Below, in pieces: positions 43,091-51,721 of a stretch of 60,539 bases of DNA. The number at the start of each line of letters is the position of its first letter. Within the stretch, counting starts at the first letter, position 1. The notes below the pieces were generated by a model. That model worked only from the letters and a program-made list of their open reading frames with translations, was not told where the DNA came from and ran no database searches. Source of the DNA: an uncultured Ardenticatenales bacterium (lineage in GTDB: Bacteria > Chloroflexota > Anaerolineae > Ardenticatenales > JAADHH01). The stretch spans positions 1 through 60,539 of the forward strand of contig CAZDTE010000002.1 in assembly GCA_964508275.1 (NCBI GenBank). The letters are read 5' to 3'. The position numbers were made by a program, and so were the translations under genes.

Positions 43091-44770
43091 TCAACTTCTC
43101 CCCGAATGGTGCGAGCGAGGGTTGATCAGGGCCTTGATCTCGTGAACATGTTTGCGGGCGGCCTCTTCTCCCCGGCGGATGAATTCATCCGCCTGTTCGT
43201 ATTGCATGGTGTGAATGTCGGCCACTTCTGGCTTGATTAACACATCCACCGGCCCCATACGCGACTTGATGATCTCGCTCTCCATGATCTCCATCGCACC
43301 AGCGATGATGCCGATGATGTTTGGCAGCCGGCCCTGCCGGCGCATGTCCTGTCGTTCCAGTCGCTCCTCCAGGTCCGGGATCACGCTGGAGGCAATGATC
43401 GTCTCCACCCCTTGGTCGTATAGCACGCTCGTAGGCACTGGGTTCACCGTGCCCCCGTCGATAAAGTGGCGGCCATTTAGCTCCATCGGCTTGAAGACGC
43501 CGATGATGGAGATGCTGGCCCGCACCGCTTCGGCCACCGGGCCGCTGTGGAAGACCAGCTCCTCCCCGCTGTGAAAGTCGGCTGCCACGACGTAAAAGGG
43601 GATTTCGAGGTCGGAAAAGGTTTTGTTTCCCAAGAACTCTTGGATATACTTGAGGGTTTTCTTTCCTTGAATGAGGCTGGATCGCGGCGGCAGGCTGAAG
43701 TCCCAGAGGCCAAAGCGCAAGCCGGTGATCTTGGGGAGATCACGGGCGAAGGCAATCATTTCGTCCAGGCTCTTGCCGGCCGCGTACATCGCCCCGAACA
43801 GCGAGCCGGCGCTCGTGCCGGCCAGCACGTCAACGGGGATACCCTCTTCCTCCAGAACCCGCAACACGCCGATGTGCGCGATGCCGCGCGCGTTGCCGCT
43901 GGAAAGGGCCAGGCCGATCTGTCGTCCGGCGATCCGACGAGCCATGCTCCCCAGCCTGGCCGGATCAAATGGCGTGACCCAGTAGCGATCACCGGCCATC
44001 TCCTGGGCCCAGGGCACAGCTACCCCTCCAACCTGCACAACGGCTTCGGCCAGGTCCACCGCTTTTCGAGACATGGGAGTCTCGGCAGTGTCGATGGCCA
44101 GGCAGACGCGGGCGTAATCCTCCATGACTTGGCTCAACACTTCGGGAAGGTCATCAAGGGTGAGCAGTTGGGGTGTCGTGAAGGGGATGACGCCCGGTGT
44201 TCCGGGGTGCAAGTCCGGCACGGTGCTGCTCATCGGCATCCACAGGACGTCTTCCCGCGTTTGTTCAGCCAGGGCGCGCGCCATCTCGCTGCTGAATGCG
44301 CCACTGACCGCCACCACCCTCAGCTGCTTTTGTCGTACCGGATGGCGAATGGTCTCCTGCAGCCGCCGGCTCAACTCGCGGCTGATCGTCAGCCCCAGGG
44401 AGGGATGATCTCGCAGCAGAGCGTCGAGGTCCGCTTTGTGCAGCACCCACAGTTCGGCATCAATAGCCACGCGAACTGTGGCTGAGCGGCGTTCCCCAAG
44501 CAGAAGAGCCATCTCGCCAAAGAAGCTTCCCGGTCCCAGATCGGCCAGGGCGCGTTCCTCTTCGCCCGATCCGGATACAACCTGCACCTGCCCCGATTCG
44601 ATCAGGTACATCGAGTCTGCCGGGGCCCCTTCTTGGACGACGGTCTCCCCTTTCGTTAACCGCTGCATTTGCATGCGGTCTCTGATGACGCTTAGCGTTT
44701 CATCAGGCAGACTGCTGAAGAAAGAGATACGGCGCAGGTTCTGTTCCATGGACATAGTCTCGTCGGTCAT
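43091..44770 (-). CDS. Cyclic-nucleotide-binding (CAP_ED) domain fused to a patatin-like phospholipase
   Basis: CAP_ED phosphate-binding cassette FGEMALLLGERRSATVRV. Patatin oxyanion hole SSGNARG, nucleophile elbow GTSAG and catalytic Asp in FIDGGTVNP. The stop is 1 nt from the regulator ATG. Confidence 0.88.
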   Translation of the reverse strand: MTDETMSMEQNLRRISFFSSLPDETLSVIRDRMQMQRLTKGETVVQEGAPADSMYLIESGQVQVVSGSGEEERALADLGPGSFFGEMALLLGERRSATVRVAIDAELWVLHKADLDALLRDHPSLGLTISRELSRRLQETIRHPVRQKQLRVVAVSGAFSSEMARALAEQTREDVLWMPMSSTVPDLHPGTPGVIPFTTPQLLTLDDLPEVLSQVMEDYARVCLAIDTAETPMSRKAVDLAEAVVQVGGVAVPWAQEMAGDRYWVTPFDPARLGSMARRIAGRQIGLALSSGNARGIAHIGVLRVLEEEGIPVDVLAGTSAGSLFGAMYAAGKSLDEMIAFARDLPKITGLRFGLWDFSLPPRSSLIQGKKTLKYIQEFLGNKTFSDLEIPFYVVAADFHSGEELVFHSGPVAEAVRASISIIGVFKPMELNGRHFIDGGTVNPVPTSVLYDQGVETIIASSVIPDLEERLERQDMRRQGRLPNIIGIIAGAMEIMESEIIKSRMGPVDVLIKPEVADIHTMQYEQADEFIRRGEEAARKHVHEIKALINPRSHHSGRS

Positions 44771-44795
44771 TCGTTGGATTCCCTCATGAGCGTGA

Positions 44796-47700
44796 TTACA
44801 GGTTGGCGTTCGGCTCGTTCACAGCTAACGGAACCGAGGCCTCCCAATTGCTAGGATCGCCATTCGTTGTGCCGCGGTCGCTCCATGTTGCCTGCCGGCT
44901 CCGTGCTTCCGTCAAGGCGGGGCCGGCCTGCAATTGCTCGAATGTCTCTGCCGCCTGGGCGAGCAGCGCGCGGGCTTCGGCCTGGCGACCTTGGTTGGCT
45001 CGGAGGTCTGCAAGCCTGAGGCGAGACTTGGCCAGCTCAAAGGGGTGCCGGAGGGCGGCAAATATCTGGCAGGCGGCTTCCAGGTGCTCTTCCGCTGCCG
45101 GCAGGTCGCCGGCAGCGAGACATACCTGTCCGAGGACACGCCGGGCCGCGCCCTCATTGTTTTTGCTCTGCGTTTGGCGGGCCAGGGCGGCGGACCGGTT
45201 GGCCAGCACACTGGCTTCCTCGACCTCGCCCAACCTCAACAGGACATCCGCCATGAGCCACAATATCTCCGCCACCTGCTCGTTCGAGCCGACTTCGCCG
45301 GCCAGGGCCTGGCCGCGCTGCAAATGCCCTAGCGCGCTGCGGAATTCGCCACGCACCAGCGCCAGATGGCCCAGATTGGTGTGGGCAAAGGCCATGAGCA
45401 GGGGGTTGCGAATCCGCCCGGCCACCTCCAGACTCTTTTCCAGAGATTCCTCCGCCTGGTCGAAATTGCCACGATCCCGATAGATCAATCCCAGGTTGTT
45501 GTAGGCTACCGCCACACCCTCGGCGTCGCCCATCTGTTCGCTGTATTGCAGGCTGCGCTGCACACAGTCCAACGCGCGGCCCCATTCCCCCTGGATGATC
45601 AGCAGGCCGGCCAGGTTGCTGAGGGAGCTGGCCACCCCATAGGTGTAACCCATGCGCTCGCGCAGTTGCAGACCCTTTTCGGCGTACTCGGTTGCTTCTT
45701 CCCAGCGGCCGGTCTGGTAATACACGGCGACGAGGCGGTTGTAGGCGGAGGCGATGTCTTGGAATTGGTCCGTACCGTCCAGGATTTCCAGCGCGCGCAG
45801 GGCCCACGAGCGAGCCTTTTGCGATTGTCCCTGACGATAGTTCACCCAGCCCAAGTCGTTATACACGCGGGCCCGTTCTGGAGCGCGGGCCGTTTCCCCG
45901 TCCATGTCCAACTCGGCCAGGGCCAGGCCAAGCCAGCGCAATGCTTCGTTGTATTCTGCTTTGCGTTCCCAGGTGCGCCCGATCTTGCGCAACTGTTCGG
46001 CGATGCGGCGGTGCTGATCGGGCCCCGGCAGCTCGCGTTGGAGGGCGAGCGCTCGTTCGAGCGCCTGGAGTGCAGCGTCGTAGTCACCGGTGTAACTCTT
46101 GACATCCCCCAAGCCCTGAACCACACGAAGCTCCTGGTCGGGCGTCGGCGCGATTCCTGTGAAGTACGCCTCGGCTCGCTGGAAGAGGTTCTCGGCTTGC
46201 TCGTACGCGAACCGTTCCATGGCCCGCTCGGCGGCGCGGGTGGTGTAGGGCATGGCTCGTTCCGCGTAGTCCGCCTCGCCGAAGTGGAAGGCCAGCAAAT
46301 CGACCACCTCGTCGAGACGGCCGGCGTACAGCTGCTCCAGACCAAAACCAGCACGCCGGTGCAGCGCTTTGCGACGTGGCGAAAGGAGCACACCGTACAC
46401 CGTCTCTCGCACAAGGGTGTGGCGGAAGGTGTAGGAGCGCTCATCGCCATCATGCTCCAGGTCCAGGAACTCTCTGTCGGTCAGTTCTCGCAACGCCGCG
46501 TCGAGCGCCGGGCGGTGTTCGTTGCCGACGATGGAATCTAGCAGGGGGTAGGGGATGCGCGGCCCGACGACGGCACTGCATTGCAGTACGTATTTCGGTT
46601 CCCCTGGGAGACGGTCGACACGGCTCATCAGCAGGGCGTGGAGGGATTGCGGGATTCCCAACGCGTTCAGGTCCAGATCGGGTTGCGCCTGCCATTCCCC
46701 GTTCGTCCGCCAGATCGCCCGTTGCTCGATGAGCAGGCGGACAATCTCTTCCAGAAAGAAGGGCGTGCCCTCGGCCTTCTCCGAAATGCCCTGCTGCACC
46801 TGAGGCGGTAAGGCCGGTGACTTGAGGAGCGAATCAACCAGCGTGCGGCTGTCGGCCAGGGACAGCTTGGTCAGCGGCAGATTCAGGTAACGCGCCGGGC
46901 AGGTTTCGGAAGCGACATGGTGGATCGCTGACGCGGCCTGACCCTCGTAGGGCCGGGAGATGAGGCACAGGCAGAGGGCGCGCTGCTCTACCAAGGGTAT
47001 GAGAAACAGCAGGAGGTCCAGGGAGGCGCGATCTACCCAGTGCAGATCGTCCGCAATGATGACGAGAGGCTGGGTGCGGGCAGTAGCAAGAATCAGCCGG
47101 CGCAAGGCCAGAAAGGTCTGCCGGCGCAATTGCTCCGGGGCGAGGTGGCGAATGCGACTCGACCCGACAGGGTCCGTGATCGGTATATCCAGCATCCGCT
47201 GTACAAAAGGGAGTACGCCGGCATATTCGTCGGGCAAGAGAGCCCGGACTCCCTGAAGGCTCTTCTCTTGTCGCGCGTCGTCATCGTCTCCGTAGCGGAT
47301 CCCGAGAAGCTGGTTGAAGAGTTGTTGAAACAGCCAGTAGCTGGTGTGCGTGGCGTGGGAGCGACACGTTTCTTCCAACACCCGCAGGCGTTGTTGAAGC
47401 ATGAACCGCTTGCTCTCTCTGACCAGGCGCGTTTTGCCGATGCCCGCCTCGCCGGTCAACAACACTACATGCCCTTCGTTTCGTTGCACGACGCCGTCGA
47501 TCGCCTGGCGAAGTTGGGCCAGTTCCCGATCGCGCCCGATCATGGGGGAATGTAGGCCGCGAACGCCGCGAATCTGTCCGGGATGCGTTCTCAGGCCGAC
47601 AACTTCGAACGTTTCCGCCGGGGCCTCGCGCCCCTTGACGGTGACCGAGCCATGTGGCAGGTAGTCGAACAAAGCCTCGGTCGCTGCCCACACGGTCTGA

Positions 47701-48425
47701 CTGACCAGGATCGTGTCGGGGATCGCCAGTTCCTCCAGACGGGAGGCCAGGTTCACGGTGTCGCCGATCACGGTGTACTGCATCCGCAGGTCCGAGCCAA
47801 CGGTGCCGGCGATAACCGTGCCGGCGTTCAGTCCGATGCGAACGTGTAACGCGAGGCCGTATTCGCTCTCCAGCCGCCGGTTGAACGTTCGGAGGAAGTC
47901 GAGCATACCGAGGGCCGCCCGCACAGCGCGCTCCGGGTCGTTCTCGTGGGCTAGGGGCGCGCCGAAGAGGGCCATGATGCCATCGCCGATGAACTTGTCG
48001 ATCGTTCCCTCGTATCGGTGGATCTCATCGGCGAAGCCGCGCATGCACTCGCCCAACAGATCGTAGACGCGCTCGGGGTCCATCGTCTCGGACAAGGTCG
48101 TGAAGCCCTGCAGGTCCGCAAAGAGCACGGTCACGTTCCGGCGTTCGCCTTCGATCTTGCCCCGCGAGGCCAGGAGCTTTTCGACGAGATGTTCGGGGAC
48201 GTAGCTGCGCAGACGCTTCCAGGCTTCGTCGTCGCCGGCTGAGGTGGCCGTGGCGGCCGGCTGTTCGGTCAGCAGGCTGGAGCCACAGTTCCCACAGAAT
48301 CTGAATCCGGCCGGGTTCTCGAAGCCACATTGCAGGCAGGCGATTCCCAGCGCAGCAGCACAGGCTGCGCAGATGTGCATACCTGGCGGATTGTCGTGGC
48401 CACAAGCTGGACAACGCTGAGACAT
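44796..48425 (-). CDS. Double zinc-ribbon / class III adenylate(guanylate) cyclase / AAA_16 P-loop (STAND) / TPR multidomain protein
   Basis: 1209 aa. CPACG..CAAC and CLQCG..CGNCG zinc ribbons. Cyclase motifs VLFADLQGFT, DKFIGDGIMALFG and YTVIGDTVNLASRLE. Walker A GEAGIGKTRL and Walker B IIADDLHWVD. About 500 aa of TPR-like repeats with no terminal HTH. Confidence 0.9.
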   Translation of the reverse strand: MSQRCPACGHDNPPGMHICAACAAALGIACLQCGFENPAGFRFCGNCGSSLLTEQPAATATSAGDDEAWKRLRSYVPEHLVEKLLASRGKIEGERRNVTVLFADLQGFTTLSETMDPERVYDLLGECMRGFADEIHRYEGTIDKFIGDGIMALFGAPLAHENDPERAVRAALGMLDFLRTFNRRLESEYGLALHVRIGLNAGTVIAGTVGSDLRMQYTVIGDTVNLASRLEELAIPDTILVSQTVWAATEALFDYLPHGSVTVKGREAPAETFEVVGLRTHPGQIRGVRGLHSPMIGRDRELAQLRQAIDGVVQRNEGHVVLLTGEAGIGKTRLVRESKRFMLQQRLRVLEETCRSHATHTSYWLFQQLFNQLLGIRYGDDDDARQEKSLQGVRALLPDEYAGVLPFVQRMLDIPITDPVGSSRIRHLAPEQLRRQTFLALRRLILATARTQPLVIIADDLHWVDRASLDLLLFLIPLVEQRALCLCLISRPYEGQAASAIHHVASETCPARYLNLPLTKLSLADSRTLVDSLLKSPALPPQVQQGISEKAEGTPFFLEEIVRLLIEQRAIWRTNGEWQAQPDLDLNALGIPQSLHALLMSRVDRLPGEPKYVLQCSAVVGPRIPYPLLDSIVGNEHRPALDAALRELTDREFLDLEHDGDERSYTFRHTLVRETVYGVLLSPRRKALHRRAGFGLEQLYAGRLDEVVDLLAFHFGEADYAERAMPYTTRAAERAMERFAYEQAENLFQRAEAYFTGIAPTPDQELRVVQGLGDVKSYTGDYDAALQALERALALQRELPGPDQHRRIAEQLRKIGRTWERKAEYNEALRWLGLALAELDMDGETARAPERARVYNDLGWVNYRQGQSQKARSWALRALEILDGTDQFQDIASAYNRLVAVYYQTGRWEEATEYAEKGLQLRERMGYTYGVASSLSNLAGLLIIQGEWGRALDCVQRSLQYSEQMGDAEGVAVAYNNLGLIYRDRGNFDQAEESLEKSLEVAGRIRNPLLMAFAHTNLGHLALVRGEFRSALGHLQRGQALAGEVGSNEQVAEILWLMADVLLRLGEVEEASVLANRSAALARQTQSKNNEGAARRVLGQVCLAAGDLPAAEEHLEAACQIFAALRHPFELAKSRLRLADLRANQGRQAEARALLAQAAETFEQLQAGPALTEARSRQATWSDRGTTNGDPSNWEASVPLAVNEPNANL

Positions 48426-48450
48426 GCGGCCCTCTCCCTTACACCATCAG

Positions 48451-48474
48451 CGGATGTTTGTCGACAAACGTCCG
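48451..48474. promoter_or_regulatory. 24-bp near-perfect palindrome (CGGATGTTTGTCGACAAACGTCCG) between the promoter and start codon of the cyclase operon; candidate operator
   Basis: The core GTTTGTCGACAAAC (48456-48469) is a perfect palindrome and the outer arms have one mismatched pair. Confidence 0.55.
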
Positions 48475-48480
48475 TTCACA

Positions 48481-48509
48481 ATTATACAACACATTGCCCC
48501 CGCACGCAA
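48481..48509 (-). promoter_or_regulatory. Sigma70-type promoter of the cyclase operon (TTGCGT-17-TATAAT on the minus strand)
   Basis: -10 is the reverse complement of 48481-48486 and -35 is the reverse complement of 48504-48509, with an exact 17-nt spacer. Confidence 0.65.
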
Positions 48510-48609
48510 CATACTAAAGGTACTATCAGAAGCCTTACCACCACGCCAAGGTAGTGTATCCCTTACGGTGGATATTCGGCCAGGGGGAACATTGTGCATC
48601 CTGCGTCAT

Positions 48610-48698
48610 GGGGCGGGCAAAGGTTGCCAACTTTCCAAAGGTTGGCAACCTTTCACGAGGACACACTTTCCACCGAATTGTATGCACCACCCCACGCC
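48610..48698 (+). repeat. Palindromic repeat family, copy 3 (plus orientation)
   Basis: GGGGCGGGCAAAGGTTGCCAACTTTCCAAAGGTTGGCAACCTTTCACGAGGACACACTTTCCACCGAATTGTATGCACCACCCCACGCC. The 13-bp stem is 48619-48631 / 48641-48653. Confidence 0.85.
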
Positions 48699-48707
48699 AA
48701 CAAGCTC

Positions 48708-48736
48708 TTGTTTTTTCGCAGAAGTCGTGGTATAGT
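48708..48736 (+). promoter_or_regulatory. Sigma70-type promoter (TTGTTT-17-TGgTATAGT)
   Basis: Extended -10 at 48728-48736. Lies 26 nt downstream of the repeat core and upstream of the enoyl-CoA hydratase gene. Confidence 0.55.
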
Positions 48737-48867
48737 ATGACCAGCAACCACCCCGGCGAGTGCAGGAGAACGGTCGAGTCGTTGTTGGCTTCTGTCCATC
48801 GCTCGGGTCCCCCGATCTTGATCGAAGGATCGAGGGCGGTTTGATCAGGAACGAAGGAGGTTAGCCG

Positions 48868-49650
48868 ATGTACGAGACGATTCGCTATGCTACAAGCGAC
48901 CGCATGGCCACACTCACCCTTCACCGCCCGCAGGTCCGCAACGCCCTGAACGCTGTCCTGCTCCGCGAATTGCTCGACGCGTTGCAGGAGGCAGAAGGCG
49001 ACGACGGTGTGCGCGCTCTGATCCTTACCGGCAGCGGCCCGGCCTTCTGTGCCGGGCAGGACCTGACGGTATTCCAGCAGGCCCTGGAGGCGGGACAGGC
49101 CCCCGACGTGCAACGGTTGCTGGACGAGACGTACCATCCCGTGGTCCGCGCGATTCACGACATGCCGAAGCCGGTGATCGCCGCTGTCAACGGCGCGGCC
49201 GCCGGTGCGGGCATGAGTCTGGCCCTGGCCTGCGATCTGCGGATCATGGCGGAGGATGCGTTCTTCACCCAGGCGTTCATCCGCCTAGGCCTGGTGCCCG
49301 ATTCCGGCTCTACCTTTTTCCTCACCCGGCTGGTGGGCCCGGCGCGCGCCTTCGATCTGGCCGCGAGCGGCCGGCGCGTGGGCGCGGCAGAGGCGCTGCG
49401 GCTTGGTCTGGCGGAGCGCGTTGTGCGGGCCGGCGACGTGCTGCCCACTGCCCAGGAGGAGGCTTCGCGGTTGGCGCAGCGGCCGGCTCGCGCCATCGCC
49501 TGGACGAAGCAGCTTTTTCAGAAGGTGGCGCGACTGGACATGGAGGCAGCATTGCAAGCAGAAGCGACGCTGCAAGCGAAGGCCATCGTCACGGAGGAGC
49601 ATCGAGAGGGGGTGCAAGCCTTCATGGAGAAGCGATCGCCGCGGTTCTGA
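48868..49650 (+). CDS. Enoyl-CoA hydratase/isomerase (crotonase) family protein
   Basis: 260 aa. LTLHRPQVRNAL, GSGPAFCAGQDL and AAVNGAAAGAGMSLALACD oxyanion-hole regions. AAGGAGG RBS. Confidence 0.9.
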   Translation: MYETIRYATSDRMATLTLHRPQVRNALNAVLLRELLDALQEAEGDDGVRALILTGSGPAFCAGQDLTVFQQALEAGQAPDVQRLLDETYHPVVRAIHDMPKPVIAAVNGAAAGAGMSLALACDLRIMAEDAFFTQAFIRLGLVPDSGSTFFLTRLVGPARAFDLAASGRRVGAAEALRLGLAERVVRAGDVLPTAQEEASRLAQRPARAIAWTKQLFQKVARLDMEAALQAEATLQAKAIVTEEHREGVQAFMEKRSPRF

Positions 49651-49692
49651 GATCAGAGTACCACCGTCCTATGGAAGAAGTGGGCATTGTGT

Positions 49693-49701
49693 GGTATAAT
49701 C
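49693..49701 (+). promoter_or_regulatory. Extended -10 element (TGgTATAAT) starting a ~320-nt untranslated leader or independent RNA
   Basis: Read directly. The -35 is weak. The next start codon I accept is at 50027. Confidence 0.45.
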
Positions 49702-50026
49702 GGTTAGTTAAGAAAAGTGGGGCATGCAATCGAGAGGACGTCCTGGCGGGGTCAATTGAAAGCCGAGATGACCACCGACAGCACCCCTTAGACTACGTAC
49801 GGAACGTCCGCCTCAGGGCAGGCTGCGCTGACTGTCAGTCTGAGCAGGGGAGCCGGAGTGCGCGGAGGAGTAAGGGGCCTCGATGTGTAGTGTCAACCTA
49901 TCGCCCCAGCATCCTTGCTCCCTTGAACAGAGTGCAGCGGTCGGTGGCTCGCAGTCTGTAGTCATTTCCTTGCCGGCGGCCGCTGCTGTTTCATAGGAAT
50001 TCAGTGGAGATTCTCAAGTACTGATC

Positions 50027-51721
50027 ATGACCTACGGTGCTGGTGAGACACAAGTAGCCCACGACCGCACACTAGATCAGAGGGCTCAGGGATGGCTTCC
50101 GAGGTCTGGATGGACGCTTGGGTTGGCCGTCCTGATCGCAGCCGTCGCAATATTCCACATTGCGACCTTACGTCGTTTTCCGATAGTATATGTAGATGAG
50201 GCCTGGATGGCGAGCCGCGCTTGGGCATGGCTCCACACTGGTCTAAATTTCGGCCCACTGGACGCAGGCGTATGGGACAAGTTTGAAGGTTACTGGACGG
50301 TTCTCCCATTGCTGCCTACTCTAGTCAATGCCACGTTTATTCGGCTTTTTGGATTGAAGGTTGGCTCTCTGCGTCTGGCGTCGCTGCTGGCCGGATTTGG
50401 GCTTCTGGCCATAGTCTATTACATTTTCTATGAACTTTACCGCTCTCGTCGTGGCGGCCTCATAGCAGTTTTCCTGGTCTCAACATCCCTCTCTTTCCTG
50501 TACTCTTCCCACTTCATTCGGCAGGATATCTATGTTGCTACATTAGGCTTTGGCGCAATAGCGCTCTACCTCGCCGGACGTCGCAGACAGCAATCGGTTC
50601 TCAGCTTGTTGGCAGGCCTGCTGATAGGTGCAGCCTTTGAATTCCATCCAAACGGTGCGATCTATGCGCCAGTGATCGGGGCCTTGTACCTGCTGGACGA
50701 TGGGAGGCATTTTGTTCGTCGGCGGAGCTTCTGGGTCTTCGTGTTTGGAATCTGTCTCGGTCTGGCTTGGTATGCCTGGCTCCACATTATACCATACCCT
50801 CAGACGTATGTCGCTATGATGAGCCGCAAATCCCTCGTCACACACATGCCGCCTATTGCCTCACGCAACCCCATCACGATCTTGCTCGGTCTTTCGAGCA
50901 TGGCAGGATACCTCTTCCTGGGCACTGGCGGGCGCATATTGGCAACAGCGGTCATTGCTACCATCGTTCTACGGCACAAGTGGACCGCTCTTCACGTGAA
51001 GCCTCTTGTGATGCTTGCAGTAGGAGTGACAACATTTGCACTTCTCATCCGAAATAGGGTGGGACATTACGTCATCCTTGTTGCGCCTTTTTCAGACATC
51101 GTTTTGGCTGGCTGGATCGAGCAAGCCCTGCAAGCCACAGGCGTGGATAGTCCCTGGCTAGGTAGGGGGAATGCCGTTGTCCTCTCAGCAGTAGCGATGA
51201 GTCTCGTTTTCACGTATGGGACGGTCATACTGACCCCACCGCCTGGAGACATGGAACTGGTTGCTAATCGCATCGAACTAGTCATGTCGCCAAGTGATAC
51301 GGTTATCGGTTCTCAGACATACTGGTTTGGCCTCTATCAATATAACTACCAGTCTTGGCATCAGATTCTGCGCTATCAATGGTTTAATCCGGGTAGCACA
51401 TTTGAAGAGGCCATGAAAGCGCTGCGCCCTGATGTGCTGGTCATGGATGTCTATTGGCGTTCTTTCACTGTGGAGGGTCCACAACACAGCCCGCGATCAG
51501 GCCTTCCGCCTGGTGACTGGGACAGGGGTCTATCGAATGAAGAGGTGAAATCCTTCCTCACTCGCTATGGGAGATTGGAGGATAGATTTTATACTGCTTC
51601 ATACGGAACGGTTGAGATATACTCTCTTCACTGGGATCGCCAAGACGTAGGGTTCGTGGACGCTGACAAGCGCCCTGATGCAGAGCCAGCCATCCGCAAG
51701 GAGATGTCACGTTGGAGGTAG
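50027..51721 (+). CDS. GT-C membrane glycosyltransferase G1 (GT39/PMT_2-like), lower G+C than its neighbours
   Basis: 564 aa and polytopic. Acidic first-loop motif VYVDEAW after TM1. Hand-counted G+C is 28-35 per 60 nt in three lines. Confidence 0.85.
   Translation: MTYGAGETQVAHDRTLDQRAQGWLPRSGWTLGLAVLIAAVAIFHIATLRRFPIVYVDEAWMASRAWAWLHTGLNFGPLDAGVWDKFEGYWTVLPLLPTLVNATFIRLFGLKVGSLRLASLLAGFGLLAIVYYIFYELYRSRRGGLIAVFLVSTSLSFLYSSHFIRQDIYVATLGFGAIALYLAGRRRQQSVLSLLAGLLIGAAFEFHPNGAIYAPVIGALYLLDDGRHFVRRRSFWVFVFGICLGLAWYAWLHIIPYPQTYVAMMSRKSLVTHMPPIASRNPITILLGLSSMAGYLFLGTGGRILATAVIATIVLRHKWTALHVKPLVMLAVGVTTFALLIRNRVGHYVILVAPFSDIVLAGWIEQALQATGVDSPWLGRGNAVVLSAVAMSLVFTYGTVILTPPPGDMELVANRIELVMSPSDTVIGSQTYWFGLYQYNYQSWHQILRYQWFNPGSTFEEAMKALRPDVLVMDVYWRSFTVEGPQHSPRSGLPPGDWDRGLSNEEVKSFLTRYGRLEDRFYTASYGTVEIYSLHWDRQDVGFVDADKRPDAEPAIRKEMSRWR

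Noticed and set aside
40902-48425. A canonical CBASS or Pycsar annotation for the cyclase-patatin operon
   Set aside because: There is no CD-NTase. The cyclase has adenylate-cyclase-type Lys/Thr specificity residues and a huge STAND/TPR extension, unlike the compact PycC enzymes. So I report it only as a new-architecture hypothesis, not as a known system.
48641-48660. A sigma54 -24/-12 promoter (TGGCA..) inside the palindromic repeat
   Set aside because: TTGGCAACCTTTCACG has the GG, but it lacks a TTGC at the required 10-nt spacing.
49736-49835. A ZTP (pfl)-riboswitch-like pattern: CUGGCGG ... ACCACCGACAGC ... CCGCCUCAGGGCA
   Set aside because: It resembles the consensus only partially as I remember it, with several core positions differing. 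The downstream gene is a membrane glycosyltransferase, not a purine or folate gene.
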